Below are positions 54,500-61,684 of a stretch of DNA of 64,000 nucleotides, one piece after another. Source of the DNA: Pseudomonadota bacterium (GTDB lineage Bacteria > Pseudomonadota > Alphaproteobacteria > Caulobacterales > Hyphomonadaceae); contig JBEAMJ010000040.1 of the NCBI GenBank assembly GCA_041166025.1, positions 2,421 to 66,420 of the forward strand. The letters run 5' to 3'. The translations under genes were made by a program, and so were the position numbers. The notes under the pieces were generated by a model. It did no database searches. It was not told the origin of the DNA and saw only the letters and a program-made list of their open reading frames with translations. How positions within the stretch are numbered: the first letter of the stretch is position 1; every line of letters starts with the position of its first letter.

Positions 54500-54518
54500 A
54501 ACTAGAATGGTTCTAGTT
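54500..54518. promoter_or_regulatory. ICE-like (Irr-box) perfect palindrome
   Basis: AACTAGAA-TGG-TTCTAGTT, an 8-3-8 inverted repeat. It lies 5 nt upstream of the irr start codon and about 155 nt upstream of the divergent CoA-transferase start. The core TAGAA-N3-TTCTA matches the published ICE consensus TTTAGAA-N3-TTCTAAA. Confidence 0.6.
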
Positions 54519-54674
54519 TGATGCCATTGCAAGTGCCTTGGCGTCACAGGCGAAATCCAAAACACGCTGTCGCCCGTTACCGAGAATCAACCCGTCGTGA
54601 CCGCTCCCGGGCTGCCCCTTGCGCCCTTTGGGGCGGGGCCCGATAGCAGGCCACGACGACAAGGAGTGCAGCCC

Positions 54675-55883
54675 GTGACGACCATTTCGACCGGCCCGCT
54701 GGCAGGCGTTAGGATTTTGGACCTCTCCACCGTTGTCCTTGGTCCCTACGCCACGCAGCTCATGGGCGACATGGGCGCTGACGTCATAAAGGTCGAGAAC
54801 GGAAACGGCGATATCATGCGCCACGCGGGTCCATCGCCCGCGCCGGGCATGGGTGCCATTTACATGGGCTGCAACCGCAACAAGCGTGCCATCCTGCTTG
54901 ACCTCAAGACCCCGGATGGCCTCGAAGCATTGCGCCGACTCGTGAAGCAGTCGGACGTCTTCTTTACCAATGTTCGCATGGATGGCCTCAAGCGTCTCGG
55001 CCTTGGCTATGACGACCTCACCAAGATTCGCGCTGACATCATCTACGTTCATTGCGCAGGTTACGGCGCGGATGGGCCCTATGCCGGCAAGCCTGCCTAT
55101 GACGACCTTATCCAGGCAGGCTCCGGTATCGCCGACCTCTTCCACGTCCGCGATGGCGGCCCGCCGCGCTACATGCCGGCGCTGATGGCGGACAAGGTCT
55201 CGGGTCTCCACGCCGCCTATGCGACAATTGCCGGCCTCTATGCGCGCGCCACGACGGGGCAGGGCCAGTTCATCGAGGCGCCGATGCTCGAAAGCTTCAC
55301 CGCCTTCAACCTGGTCGAGAATCTCTACGGCCACACCTTCGTTCCGCCGATGGCGCAGATGGCCTACACGCGCTCATCCAGCATCAACCGCATGCCGTAT
55401 CCGACGAAGGACGGCTATATCGGCATCATGCCCTACAGCGACAAGCAGTGGATGACCTTCTTCGAGCTTGGCGGCCGCCCCGAAGTAATGACGCAGGATC
55501 CGCGCTTCTCCACCTACAACGCGCGCACGGCGAACATCGGCGCACTCTACCAGCTCGTCGGCGAGGTCGCCGCAACCAAGACAACTGATGAATGGCTTGA
55601 TCTGCTTGGCAAAGCCGACATTCCCGCCGCGCGCTGCGCCACGCTTCAGGAAGTTCTCGAAGACCCCCACCTGCGCGCAACGGGGTTCATCCACGAGCGT
55701 CAGCACCCGGCCGGCTTCCCCTACCTCGCGATGCAGCATCCGGTGAAGTTTGCAGGCACTCCGGCCGACATCCGTCGCGAGCCTCCATCGCTGGGCGAAC
55801 ACACGGTCGATGTGCTGCTTGAGCTTGGCTTCTCACAGGCCGATGCTGAGCGGATTGCAACGGACGCGGCCAAGGCGAAGTAG
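54675..55883 (+). CDS. family III CoA-transferase (CaiB/BaiF)
   Basis: GTG start 8 nt after AAGGAG. LAGVRILDLSTVVLGPYATQLMGDMGADVIKVE is the family signature. About 402 aa. Confidence 0.85.
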   Translation: MTTISTGPLAGVRILDLSTVVLGPYATQLMGDMGADVIKVENGNGDIMRHAGPSPAPGMGAIYMGCNRNKRAILLDLKTPDGLEALRRLVKQSDVFFTNVRMDGLKRLGLGYDDLTKIRADIIYVHCAGYGADGPYAGKPAYDDLIQAGSGIADLFHVRDGGPPRYMPALMADKVSGLHAAYATIAGLYARATTGQGQFIEAPMLESFTAFNLVENLYGHTFVPPMAQMAYTRSSSINRMPYPTKDGYIGIMPYSDKQWMTFFELGGRPEVMTQDPRFSTYNARTANIGALYQLVGEVAATKTTDEWLDLLGKADIPAARCATLQEVLEDPHLRATGFIHERQHPAGFPYLAMQHPVKFAGTPADIRREPPSLGEHTVDVLLELGFSQADAERIATDAAKAK

Positions 55884-55891
55884 CCGCCGCT

Positions 55892-56257
55892 TCAGCGCCG
55901 AATCGGGATATCGGCGCCGACAGGTTCAAGCTCCGGCTCCAGGCCAACCTGATAGAACGGTCGAACGTTTCGCTTGGCGGCACGTTCAATCGCCATGCTG
56001 GACAGCTGCCCAGCAAGTGCGATGAATTCCCGCACGTTCTGGCCGGGGACAAAGTCGCGCGAAAGCGCGATGCTTGGCTCTGTTCCTCCCGGCTCCGCCC
56101 CTTCGGGTTCATGGAAGCACAGGCACTCAGATTACCGAATCTCCTAACCGGCGCTCGTTGCGCGGTTCAGAGACTGCACCAGCGACCGTGCTGGCAAGCA
56201 AAGACTTCCGCTGTTGATGAGCGCGCCAAGTTCCTTTGCATGTGTCAGCAGGCTCAT
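55892..56257 (-). pseudogene. decayed ORF: 122 in-frame codons interrupted by TAG and TAA
   Basis: ATG at 56257 preceded by GGGAGA. In-frame TAG (56144..56146) and TAA (56132..56134). The 80 codons after them still look coding (…DFVPGQNVREFIALAGQLSSMAIERAAKRNVRPFYQVGLEPELEPVGADIPIRR) but have no start codon. Confidence 0.4.
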
Positions 56258-56276
56258 TGGCAGGTCTCCCGGCCGC

Positions 56277-56675
56277 CTACCTCAACGCATCCACCACAGC
56301 ATTCACCAGCGCGTCCTTGCGGCGCTCGAACTCCGGCAGGTCCCTGTAGGGCACCATCATCGGATGCGTCTTCTTCTTCGCGTCCTTCACCCGCCCGAAT
56401 TTCCAGCCATCGGCCTTCTTCTGTGCAAGCCACTGATCGTGCTGGGCTGAAGCCGACGCCTTGGGATTGGCGATGCGCCAGGCGACGGAAGCAGCGGATG
56501 ACTGCTTCATCCATTTCGGCGCGCGCGACCAGGGCGGAGCCGGGGCCTGCCCATTGGCCTTCTGCCACGCGCGCATCGCCTCGTGTATCACCTGCGCGAT
56601 CCGTTCGTTTGCTTTTGTATCGGTCGTCGAGACTTTCGTCTTCATCGCCTGCAAAGATCCCCGCCAGTATTTCAT
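56277..56675 (-). CDS. small RyR (ryanodine-receptor repeat) domain protein
   Basis: 122-132 aa (alternative start M11 at 56645). HDQWLAQKKADGWKFGRVKDAKKKTHPMMVPYRDLPEFERRKDALVNAV matches the bacterial RyR-domain pattern (H..W...GW.yG...k.hp.lvpy.eLpe..k.kD). Confidence 0.7.
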   Translation of the reverse strand: MKYWRGSLQAMKTKVSTTDTKANERIAQVIHEAMRAWQKANGQAPAPPWSRAPKWMKQSSAASVAWRIANPKASASAQHDQWLAQKKADGWKFGRVKDAKKKTHPMMVPYRDLPEFERRKDALVNAVVDALR

Positions 56676-56794
56676 CGCTCAACGATAGTATTGCTTTGGT
56701 AGCAAGCGAATTCTTGGCACAGTAGTCTTTGCAGAAGTCGCAGTTTATCCGTAACTTCAGTCGCCCTCATGCGGGGGACACGGGGAATTCGCGT

Positions 56795-58663
56795 ATGGCC
56801 GACGCTCATGCCGAGGTGAATGCACGCCCTGTTGGCGGTCGCGGGCAGGTTTTCCTGCGGGCATGGTGGGCGCTGGCTGTGCTGTCCGGCCTTGCTGCAC
56901 TCGTACTTGCCGGCATGGGGTGGTTTCTGGAATTCGGTTCCCCCAAAGACGCGTCCGACGTCCTCGACATCGCCATTCGAACGATCAAAGTGCTCCTGCT
57001 TTCGGACATCTATTACGACCCCGTTACGAATCCCGACGCGGGAATCCTGCTTGAGTACGCACGCGCCCTCGGCGTCGTCGCATCTCTGCTCGTTGGCCTC
57101 CGGCTCCTTGCGCTCGCGATCGGCTCTCGCATGTCCGATGTTCTCTACGCGCTGTTCCTCAACCGCCATCATATCATCATCGGCTCGGGCGCCGCCGCGC
57201 AGGAATACGCATCCAATCACAATCGCATTTTCAAGGGCCGGGCGATCCATCTTGCGGATGCGCGCCTGCCGACGGCTCACCGGCTAGCGACCTGGCAGCG
57301 CCGCGGCCAGCTGCACAACCAACTGCGCCATGCCAAGGCGCGCTCCGCCCGCCGCATCGTGGTGGACGAGGGGGACGACGCCGATACCTGGCAGACGGCG
57401 CAGCTGGCGGCCCGGGCCTGTCCCAAGGCGGACGTCCTCGCCCACATCGCCGATCCCTGGATCCGCGATCGTCTAAGCCGCGACCGGTCCAGCGATCAGC
57501 GGCCCACTCCACGCCTCACGCCCTTCTCCTATGCCGGCGGCGTGGCGCGGCAGGTCATGCTGGCCCATCCGCCTTACCTGTTGACGCAGGCGCTCGGCGC
57601 ATCGACGCCGCATATCCTCATTGTCGGCTTTGGCCAGGTTGGCGAGTCCATCGCCCGCGAGTTCATCGTTACGTCCGTGATCCCCGGCGACCAGAAGCTG
57701 ATGGTCACTGTCGTGGACCCGTCGACCGCGTCGATCGAGCCCGATTTCCGGGGCCGCCACGAGGAGCTGGTCAAGCATGTCGATTTTGACTTCATCGCAG
57801 GCGACTTTCGGCTCGCCGACACCCGGCCTGACGGCTTGATCGACCGCGTGACAAAGCGGACTGCCAAGGCCCCGATCAGCGCCGTCTATGTTGCGATCGA
57901 TCTCGAGCACCAGCCGCTAGGCCTGGCATTCGCCATCCGAGCGTTGGCGCTGCGCCGGGGGCTCTTCCTCGCGCCGATCTTCGTGTGCGCACAGCACGGC
58001 GCCGGCTTGCCACCGGTCCGCCATGGCGTCGGGCTCGTCGGTGGGCCAGCAGACGTGCAGGAGGAGCGCGAGAAGCAGGCTGTCGCCGAAGGCAAGCTCT
58101 GTAACCTGCGCGTCGTTTCTTTTGGCTCGTGGCCCGCAGCGTTCGACGGCGCTGGCATGCTTGAGCATCCCTACGACTCACAGGCGCGGCGCTATCATGA
58201 GGAGTATTCGCGTCAGTTCGCCAACCACGAGCGCCACAGCGCCACCATCGTTACAAGCACGATCAAGTCGTGGGACGAACTGCCCGACCAGCTACGAATC
58301 TCCAACCGGCGCGCTGCGGCGCACATGCGGACGAAGGCATTCGTGATGGGCTACGATCTTGGTCGCTGGCTCGCTGCCGAGCCCGGCTATCGCCATTGCC
58401 ACGAGCTTCCGCCCGCCGCCGGCGTGTTCCCGACGAGTGAAGAACCGGACATGCTGATGGCCAAGCTGGAGCACCAGCGCTGGATGCTGGACCGCTTCCT
58501 CGATGGCTGGCGGCCCGGCGGCCGCAGCGACTACTACCGGACACGCAAAACACTGGTCCCCTTCGAACAGCTTGGGGCAGACGAGGTGGCCAAGGACAAT
58601 GCGGTGGTGGAGACAACGCGCGCGCTTATGCGGGAGGCGGCCGCGAAGAAGCGTAAATCGTGA
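56795..58663 (+). CDS. membrane protein: 2 TM, two Rossmann (TrkA-N-like) domains and a C-terminal RyR domain
   Basis: ATG at 56795 (the track ORF starts at an upstream TTG). TM helices AWWALAVLSGLAALVLAGMGWFL and ALGVVASLLVGLRLLALAI. Dinucleotide motifs IIIGSGAAAQ and ILIVGFGQVGESIA. RyR halves ...WDELPDQLRISNRRAAAHMRTK and LEHQRWMLDRFLDGWRPGG...KTLVPFEQLGADEVAKDN. Confidence 0.7.
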   Translation: MADAHAEVNARPVGGRGQVFLRAWWALAVLSGLAALVLAGMGWFLEFGSPKDASDVLDIAIRTIKVLLLSDIYYDPVTNPDAGILLEYARALGVVASLLVGLRLLALAIGSRMSDVLYALFLNRHHIIIGSGAAAQEYASNHNRIFKGRAIHLADARLPTAHRLATWQRRGQLHNQLRHAKARSARRIVVDEGDDADTWQTAQLAARACPKADVLAHIADPWIRDRLSRDRSSDQRPTPRLTPFSYAGGVARQVMLAHPPYLLTQALGASTPHILIVGFGQVGESIAREFIVTSVIPGDQKLMVTVVDPSTASIEPDFRGRHEELVKHVDFDFIAGDFRLADTRPDGLIDRVTKRTAKAPISAVYVAIDLEHQPLGLAFAIRALALRRGLFLAPIFVCAQHGAGLPPVRHGVGLVGGPADVQEEREKQAVAEGKLCNLRVVSFGSWPAAFDGAGMLEHPYDSQARRYHEEYSRQFANHERHSATIVTSTIKSWDELPDQLRISNRRAAAHMRTKAFVMGYDLGRWLAAEPGYRHCHELPPAAGVFPTSEEPDMLMAKLEHQRWMLDRFLDGWRPGGRSDYYRTRKTLVPFEQLGADEVAKDNAVVETTRALMREAAAKKRKS

Positions 58664-58673
58664 ACGCTACAGA

Positions 58674-58901
58674 TCAGGCGACGCGGCGAATGAAGAAGCC
58701 CTTGGGCTTTGGCGACTCTGTCGTTTCGGCAATTTCGTGAAAGGTTGTTCGTGTATCGAGGCCGAAGGTGTCGAGCGCGTTCATCGCCGCTTCGAGGTCG
58801 GCCATGGCGATCCGCCAGACGGGCACGCCGTCGATCCGGTCATCGGCGTCCTCGCCTATTAGGGCGCAGTAGCGACGTGCGAGCTGCTCATAGGCAGTCA
58901 T
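58674..58901 (-). CDS. small hypothetical protein (75 aa)
   Basis: Internal ATG (MTAYEQLARRY...) preceded by AGGGA. Acidic, no TM helix. Convergent with the large RyR gene (10-nt gap) and divergent from the TetR gene. Confidence 0.4.
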   Translation of the reverse strand: MTAYEQLARRYCALIGEDADDRIDGVPVWRIAMADLEAAMNALDTFGLDTRTTFHEIAETTESPKPKGFFIRRVA

Positions 58902-58916
58902 GGGGGTCCATCCCTG

Positions 58917-58933
58917 ATGGTTCCTCGAACCAT
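58917..58933. promoter_or_regulatory. 17-bp perfect palindrome (candidate TetR operator)
   Basis: ATGGTTC-CTC-GAACCAT, 15 nt upstream of the 58901 start, within the divergent region shared with the tandem-TetR gene. Confidence 0.4.
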
Positions 58934-58961
58934 GCAGCAAGGCTCAGGCCAACAAGCTGAC

Positions 58962-58993
58962 TTTTTCGTTAATCCCGAGTTCATCACGAAAAA
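58962..58993. promoter_or_regulatory. AT-rich inverted repeat (candidate operator/promoter element)
   Basis: TTTTTCGT-N16-ACGAAAAA, about 50 nt upstream of the TetR-gene ATG. It is the most AT-rich stretch of this intergenic region. Confidence 0.35.
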
Positions 58994-59042
58994 TCACGGC
59001 CGCCAGCGGATTGCCGCGCCGCACAATCCGGGCTTCTGTTGC

Positions 59043-60317
59043 ATGAATCAGACTTCGCGTGTCACGGGAAGCGGCAGCGCCTTGAGCCAGCAAGCCCAGG
59101 ATGGGACAGCAAAGCCGGACGCTAACCCGGTCGGCCACCGATTCGATCAGCGCCGTGCCGACCTAGTTGCTGGTGCAATTCCGATCCTCAACAGCAAAGG
59201 GTTCAAGGGGATGCGGCTGACTGCGGTCGCCGAAGCGATTGGGCTGCGGGCGACCGGCGTCACCTATTATTTCCCACGCAAGGAAGATCTGGCGGTGGCG
59301 TGTCTGGAGACTGGCTTCGACATCTTCCACAGGATGCTGGACCAAGCTGAAGTCGGCAAAAATGCTGCCGAACGGCTTACCCGCCTGATCTCCGTGTTCA
59401 TTGAGCGCGACGCCGCTGTGCGCAGAAGGGAGGCGCAACCGCTTGCATCCTTCGCTGCGATCCGCGCGCTCGAAGGCGAACAGCGTCAACGTGTGGCCGA
59501 AGGGTACAAACACGTGTTTCGCCGTGTACAAAATCTCCTCAAGTCCTCGGAGTTAACTCACCTTGATGCTCCTGAGCGTAACCTACGCACGATCATCCTT
59601 CTGGAGCAGCTTTTCTGGACCAGCGGATGGCTGGACGGGTACGACCTCGATCTTTTTCCGCGCTTCGCCGCGAGGATGAGTGACATCGTTGTTGGCGGGC
59701 TTGCACCTCTGGGGACACAGGACGGGACGGCCACGATCGACCTCGATGCGGCGGTCGAGACGCCGAACGAGAGCTTCCTGGTCGCTGCCACACGTGAGAT
59801 CAACGCGCGTAGCTATCGCGGCGCATCGGTTGATCGCATTGCGGCAGGTCTCAACCGCACCAAGGGCGCATTCTACCACTACAACAAGGCCAAGGACGAT
59901 CTTGTCGCCGCGTGTTTCCGCCGCTCGTTCGATCTCGCCTGCGAGGCCCAGCGCAGGGCGCTTGCATCACATGGACCCGAACGTGATCGGTTGGCAGCCG
60001 CCGTTGCCGGGCTTGTCCGCTTCCAGCTCGGGCCACGCGGGCCGATGCTGTGTGCGGCCGTCATGTCCTCGATGCCCTCGGAGCATCAGGCCGAGATCAT
60101 AGCGCAGTCCAACACGATCAGCCGCCAATTCGGCGCGATGGTCGCCGATGGTGTGGCCGACGGCTCGGTTCGCCGGGTCGATCCCGCCATCGCTGGCGCC
60201 TTGCTTCATGCAGCCATCAACGCCGCCGCCGAAGTACGCGAACTCAGCCTTGCAGCCGAGCCTGACTTGGTCGCGCGCTTCGTAGGTGCGCTGTTCGGCG
60301 GGCTGGCGTCCGCATGA
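59043..60317 (+). CDS. tandem-duplicated TetR/AcrR family regulator (two HTH plus ligand-domain modules in one chain)
   Basis: 424 aa from MNQTSRV. First TetR HTH MRLTAVAEAIGLRATGVTYYFPRKEDL, second ASVDRIAAGLNRTKGAFYHYNKAKDDL about 215 residues later. Confidence 0.75.
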   Translation: MNQTSRVTGSGSALSQQAQDGTAKPDANPVGHRFDQRRADLVAGAIPILNSKGFKGMRLTAVAEAIGLRATGVTYYFPRKEDLAVACLETGFDIFHRMLDQAEVGKNAAERLTRLISVFIERDAAVRRREAQPLASFAAIRALEGEQRQRVAEGYKHVFRRVQNLLKSSELTHLDAPERNLRTIILLEQLFWTSGWLDGYDLDLFPRFAARMSDIVVGGLAPLGTQDGTATIDLDAAVETPNESFLVAATREINARSYRGASVDRIAAGLNRTKGAFYHYNKAKDDLVAACFRRSFDLACEAQRRALASHGPERDRLAAAVAGLVRFQLGPRGPMLCAAVMSSMPSEHQAEIIAQSNTISRQFGAMVADGVADGSVRRVDPAIAGALLHAAINAAAEVRELSLAAEPDLVARFVGALFGGLASA

Positions 60318-60321
60318 GCCC

Positions 60322-61338
60322 CTATTCGGAATCTCCGACAATGCCCGTCACGCGACCCTCCCGCTCATCCATGCGCGCGCCACCCAGGATGCCGGGCAGG
60401 GCGTAGTTCCCTTCATGGCAGGCGTACTCGTAGATCGGCTCCTTGCTGGCCGTTAGCGTCATCTCTCCGCGCCAGGGCCGGCTGAATGCGTCCGGATCCT
60501 CGACCACGAACTCATAATGTATCGCCTCTGCGCCCACGCGCGAGAAGCGCTCGGTCACCACCGGGTTCTCGCCGACATAGTAACTATCGCCCATGTTTGG
60601 CCTCACGCGGATGTCGTGATGGAAATTCCGCGTCTGCACCACCAGAACGTCACCTTCCCACCACCCAACAGAATTTCCGAGCCAGGTGTTGAAGCCGCCC
60701 GCCTCGCGCTTTTCGCCGATCGGGATGATGCGTGCGTCATGAATCATTTCGACCGTGATGGTCACATGCGTCGGTGTCTGCACGATCTGATAGTGATTGT
60801 TGTAAAGCACATTGATCATCGGCGGACCGGCGGTCGAGCCGAATCCGACGATGCAGCGTTCACCCTGCGGTCTGATTTCCGGGCCGTCCCATGTGCCCCG
60901 CACTTTCGCCAGCCTGTCCTCGAGATGCTTTTTCGCTGCGGGCGTGTAGGGGATGCGGCCGTCCGGCGGATCGATGATCCAGGACGAACGGGTCTCACCT
61001 TTCACCACGCCGTATTGGGTGCCCGGGTCGATCCAGAAGGCGTTGTAACCAGCGTTGGCGTTGCGATCGGTCGGGGCGCCCTCGTTTGGATTCGACGGTG
61101 CATTTGCTTGCTGCATCATACGCGCCCGCGCCTGTTCCATCTGCTGCGCGCGGTCTGCCGGGATTGTCTGGCCCTTGAACTGCGCCGGCCGCTCAAGCGT
61201 GGTGAGGCTCGCATTGGTCCATACGCCCTGCAGGTCCGGCTTGCCGTCCGGCGTGCGCGGCGCCTGCCAGGTCTCCTGCGCAACGGCATGGCCAGATGCG
61301 GCCGCCATCAGTGCAATGCTGAACAGAGCTCTGCGCAT
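60322..61338 (-). CDS. secreted protein of unknown function, paralogue of 20478..21425
   Basis: Start at internal ATG preceded by AGGAGA. Signal peptide MRRALFSIALMAAASGHAVA. Shared blocks PDLQGVWT, GRIPYT, GWWEGDVLVVQT, ERF and DPDAFSRPW. Confidence 0.7.
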   Translation of the reverse strand: MRRALFSIALMAAASGHAVAQETWQAPRTPDGKPDLQGVWTNASLTTLERPAQFKGQTIPADRAQQMEQARARMMQQANAPSNPNEGAPTDRNANAGYNAFWIDPGTQYGVVKGETRSSWIIDPPDGRIPYTPAAKKHLEDRLAKVRGTWDGPEIRPQGERCIVGFGSTAGPPMINVLYNNHYQIVQTPTHVTITVEMIHDARIIPIGEKREAGGFNTWLGNSVGWWEGDVLVVQTRNFHHDIRVRPNMGDSYYVGENPVVTERFSRVGAEAIHYEFVVEDPDAFSRPWRGEMTLTASKEPIYEYACHEGNYALPGILGGARMDEREGRVTGIVGDSE

Positions 61339-61605
61339 CAACGTTCTCCTGACGTGTTTCGTGAACGACCTGCCACCATTCGCGCGCGGACAGGCCCGAC
61401 GGTCAACACATAGTGACGCCCAAATCCGCGACGTCACATTGTAACTTCGAGGAGAGTTCAGGAGGAAATCGCGGCGGCCGGTCAGGTCGCCCTTTCTCTC
61501 GATCAAGGTCGAATGGGAAGGCGTGGATGGCTAGTCTATCAACACAAACTCGGCCGGCACGCAGAAGCGCAAGCGCGTCGTTCGCATGCCAGACTGAGCA
61601 TCCCC

Positions 61606-61640
61606 AAACGAAAAGCGCCGGCCCCGTGAGGGACCGGCGC
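61606..61640 (-). terminator. rho-independent terminator downstream of the TonB-dependent receptor
   Basis: On the minus strand GCGCCGGTCCC-TCAC-GGGGCCGGCGC (11-bp stem with one G-U pair) followed by TTTTCGTTT. Lies about 45 nt after the receptor stop. Confidence 0.8.
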
Positions 61641-61684
61641 AAGTCCGGGAGGCCCGGGCTAGCGCGCGTTTCCGCGCGTTCGCC

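Noticed and set aside
55687-56112. 141-aa ORF from the track downstream of the small RyR gene.
   Set aside because: Its translation is Arg/Ser/Pro-rich and overlaps the CoA-transferase 3' end. A different frame over the same DNA looks far more protein-like but is interrupted by stops, and I reported that frame as a decayed ORF.
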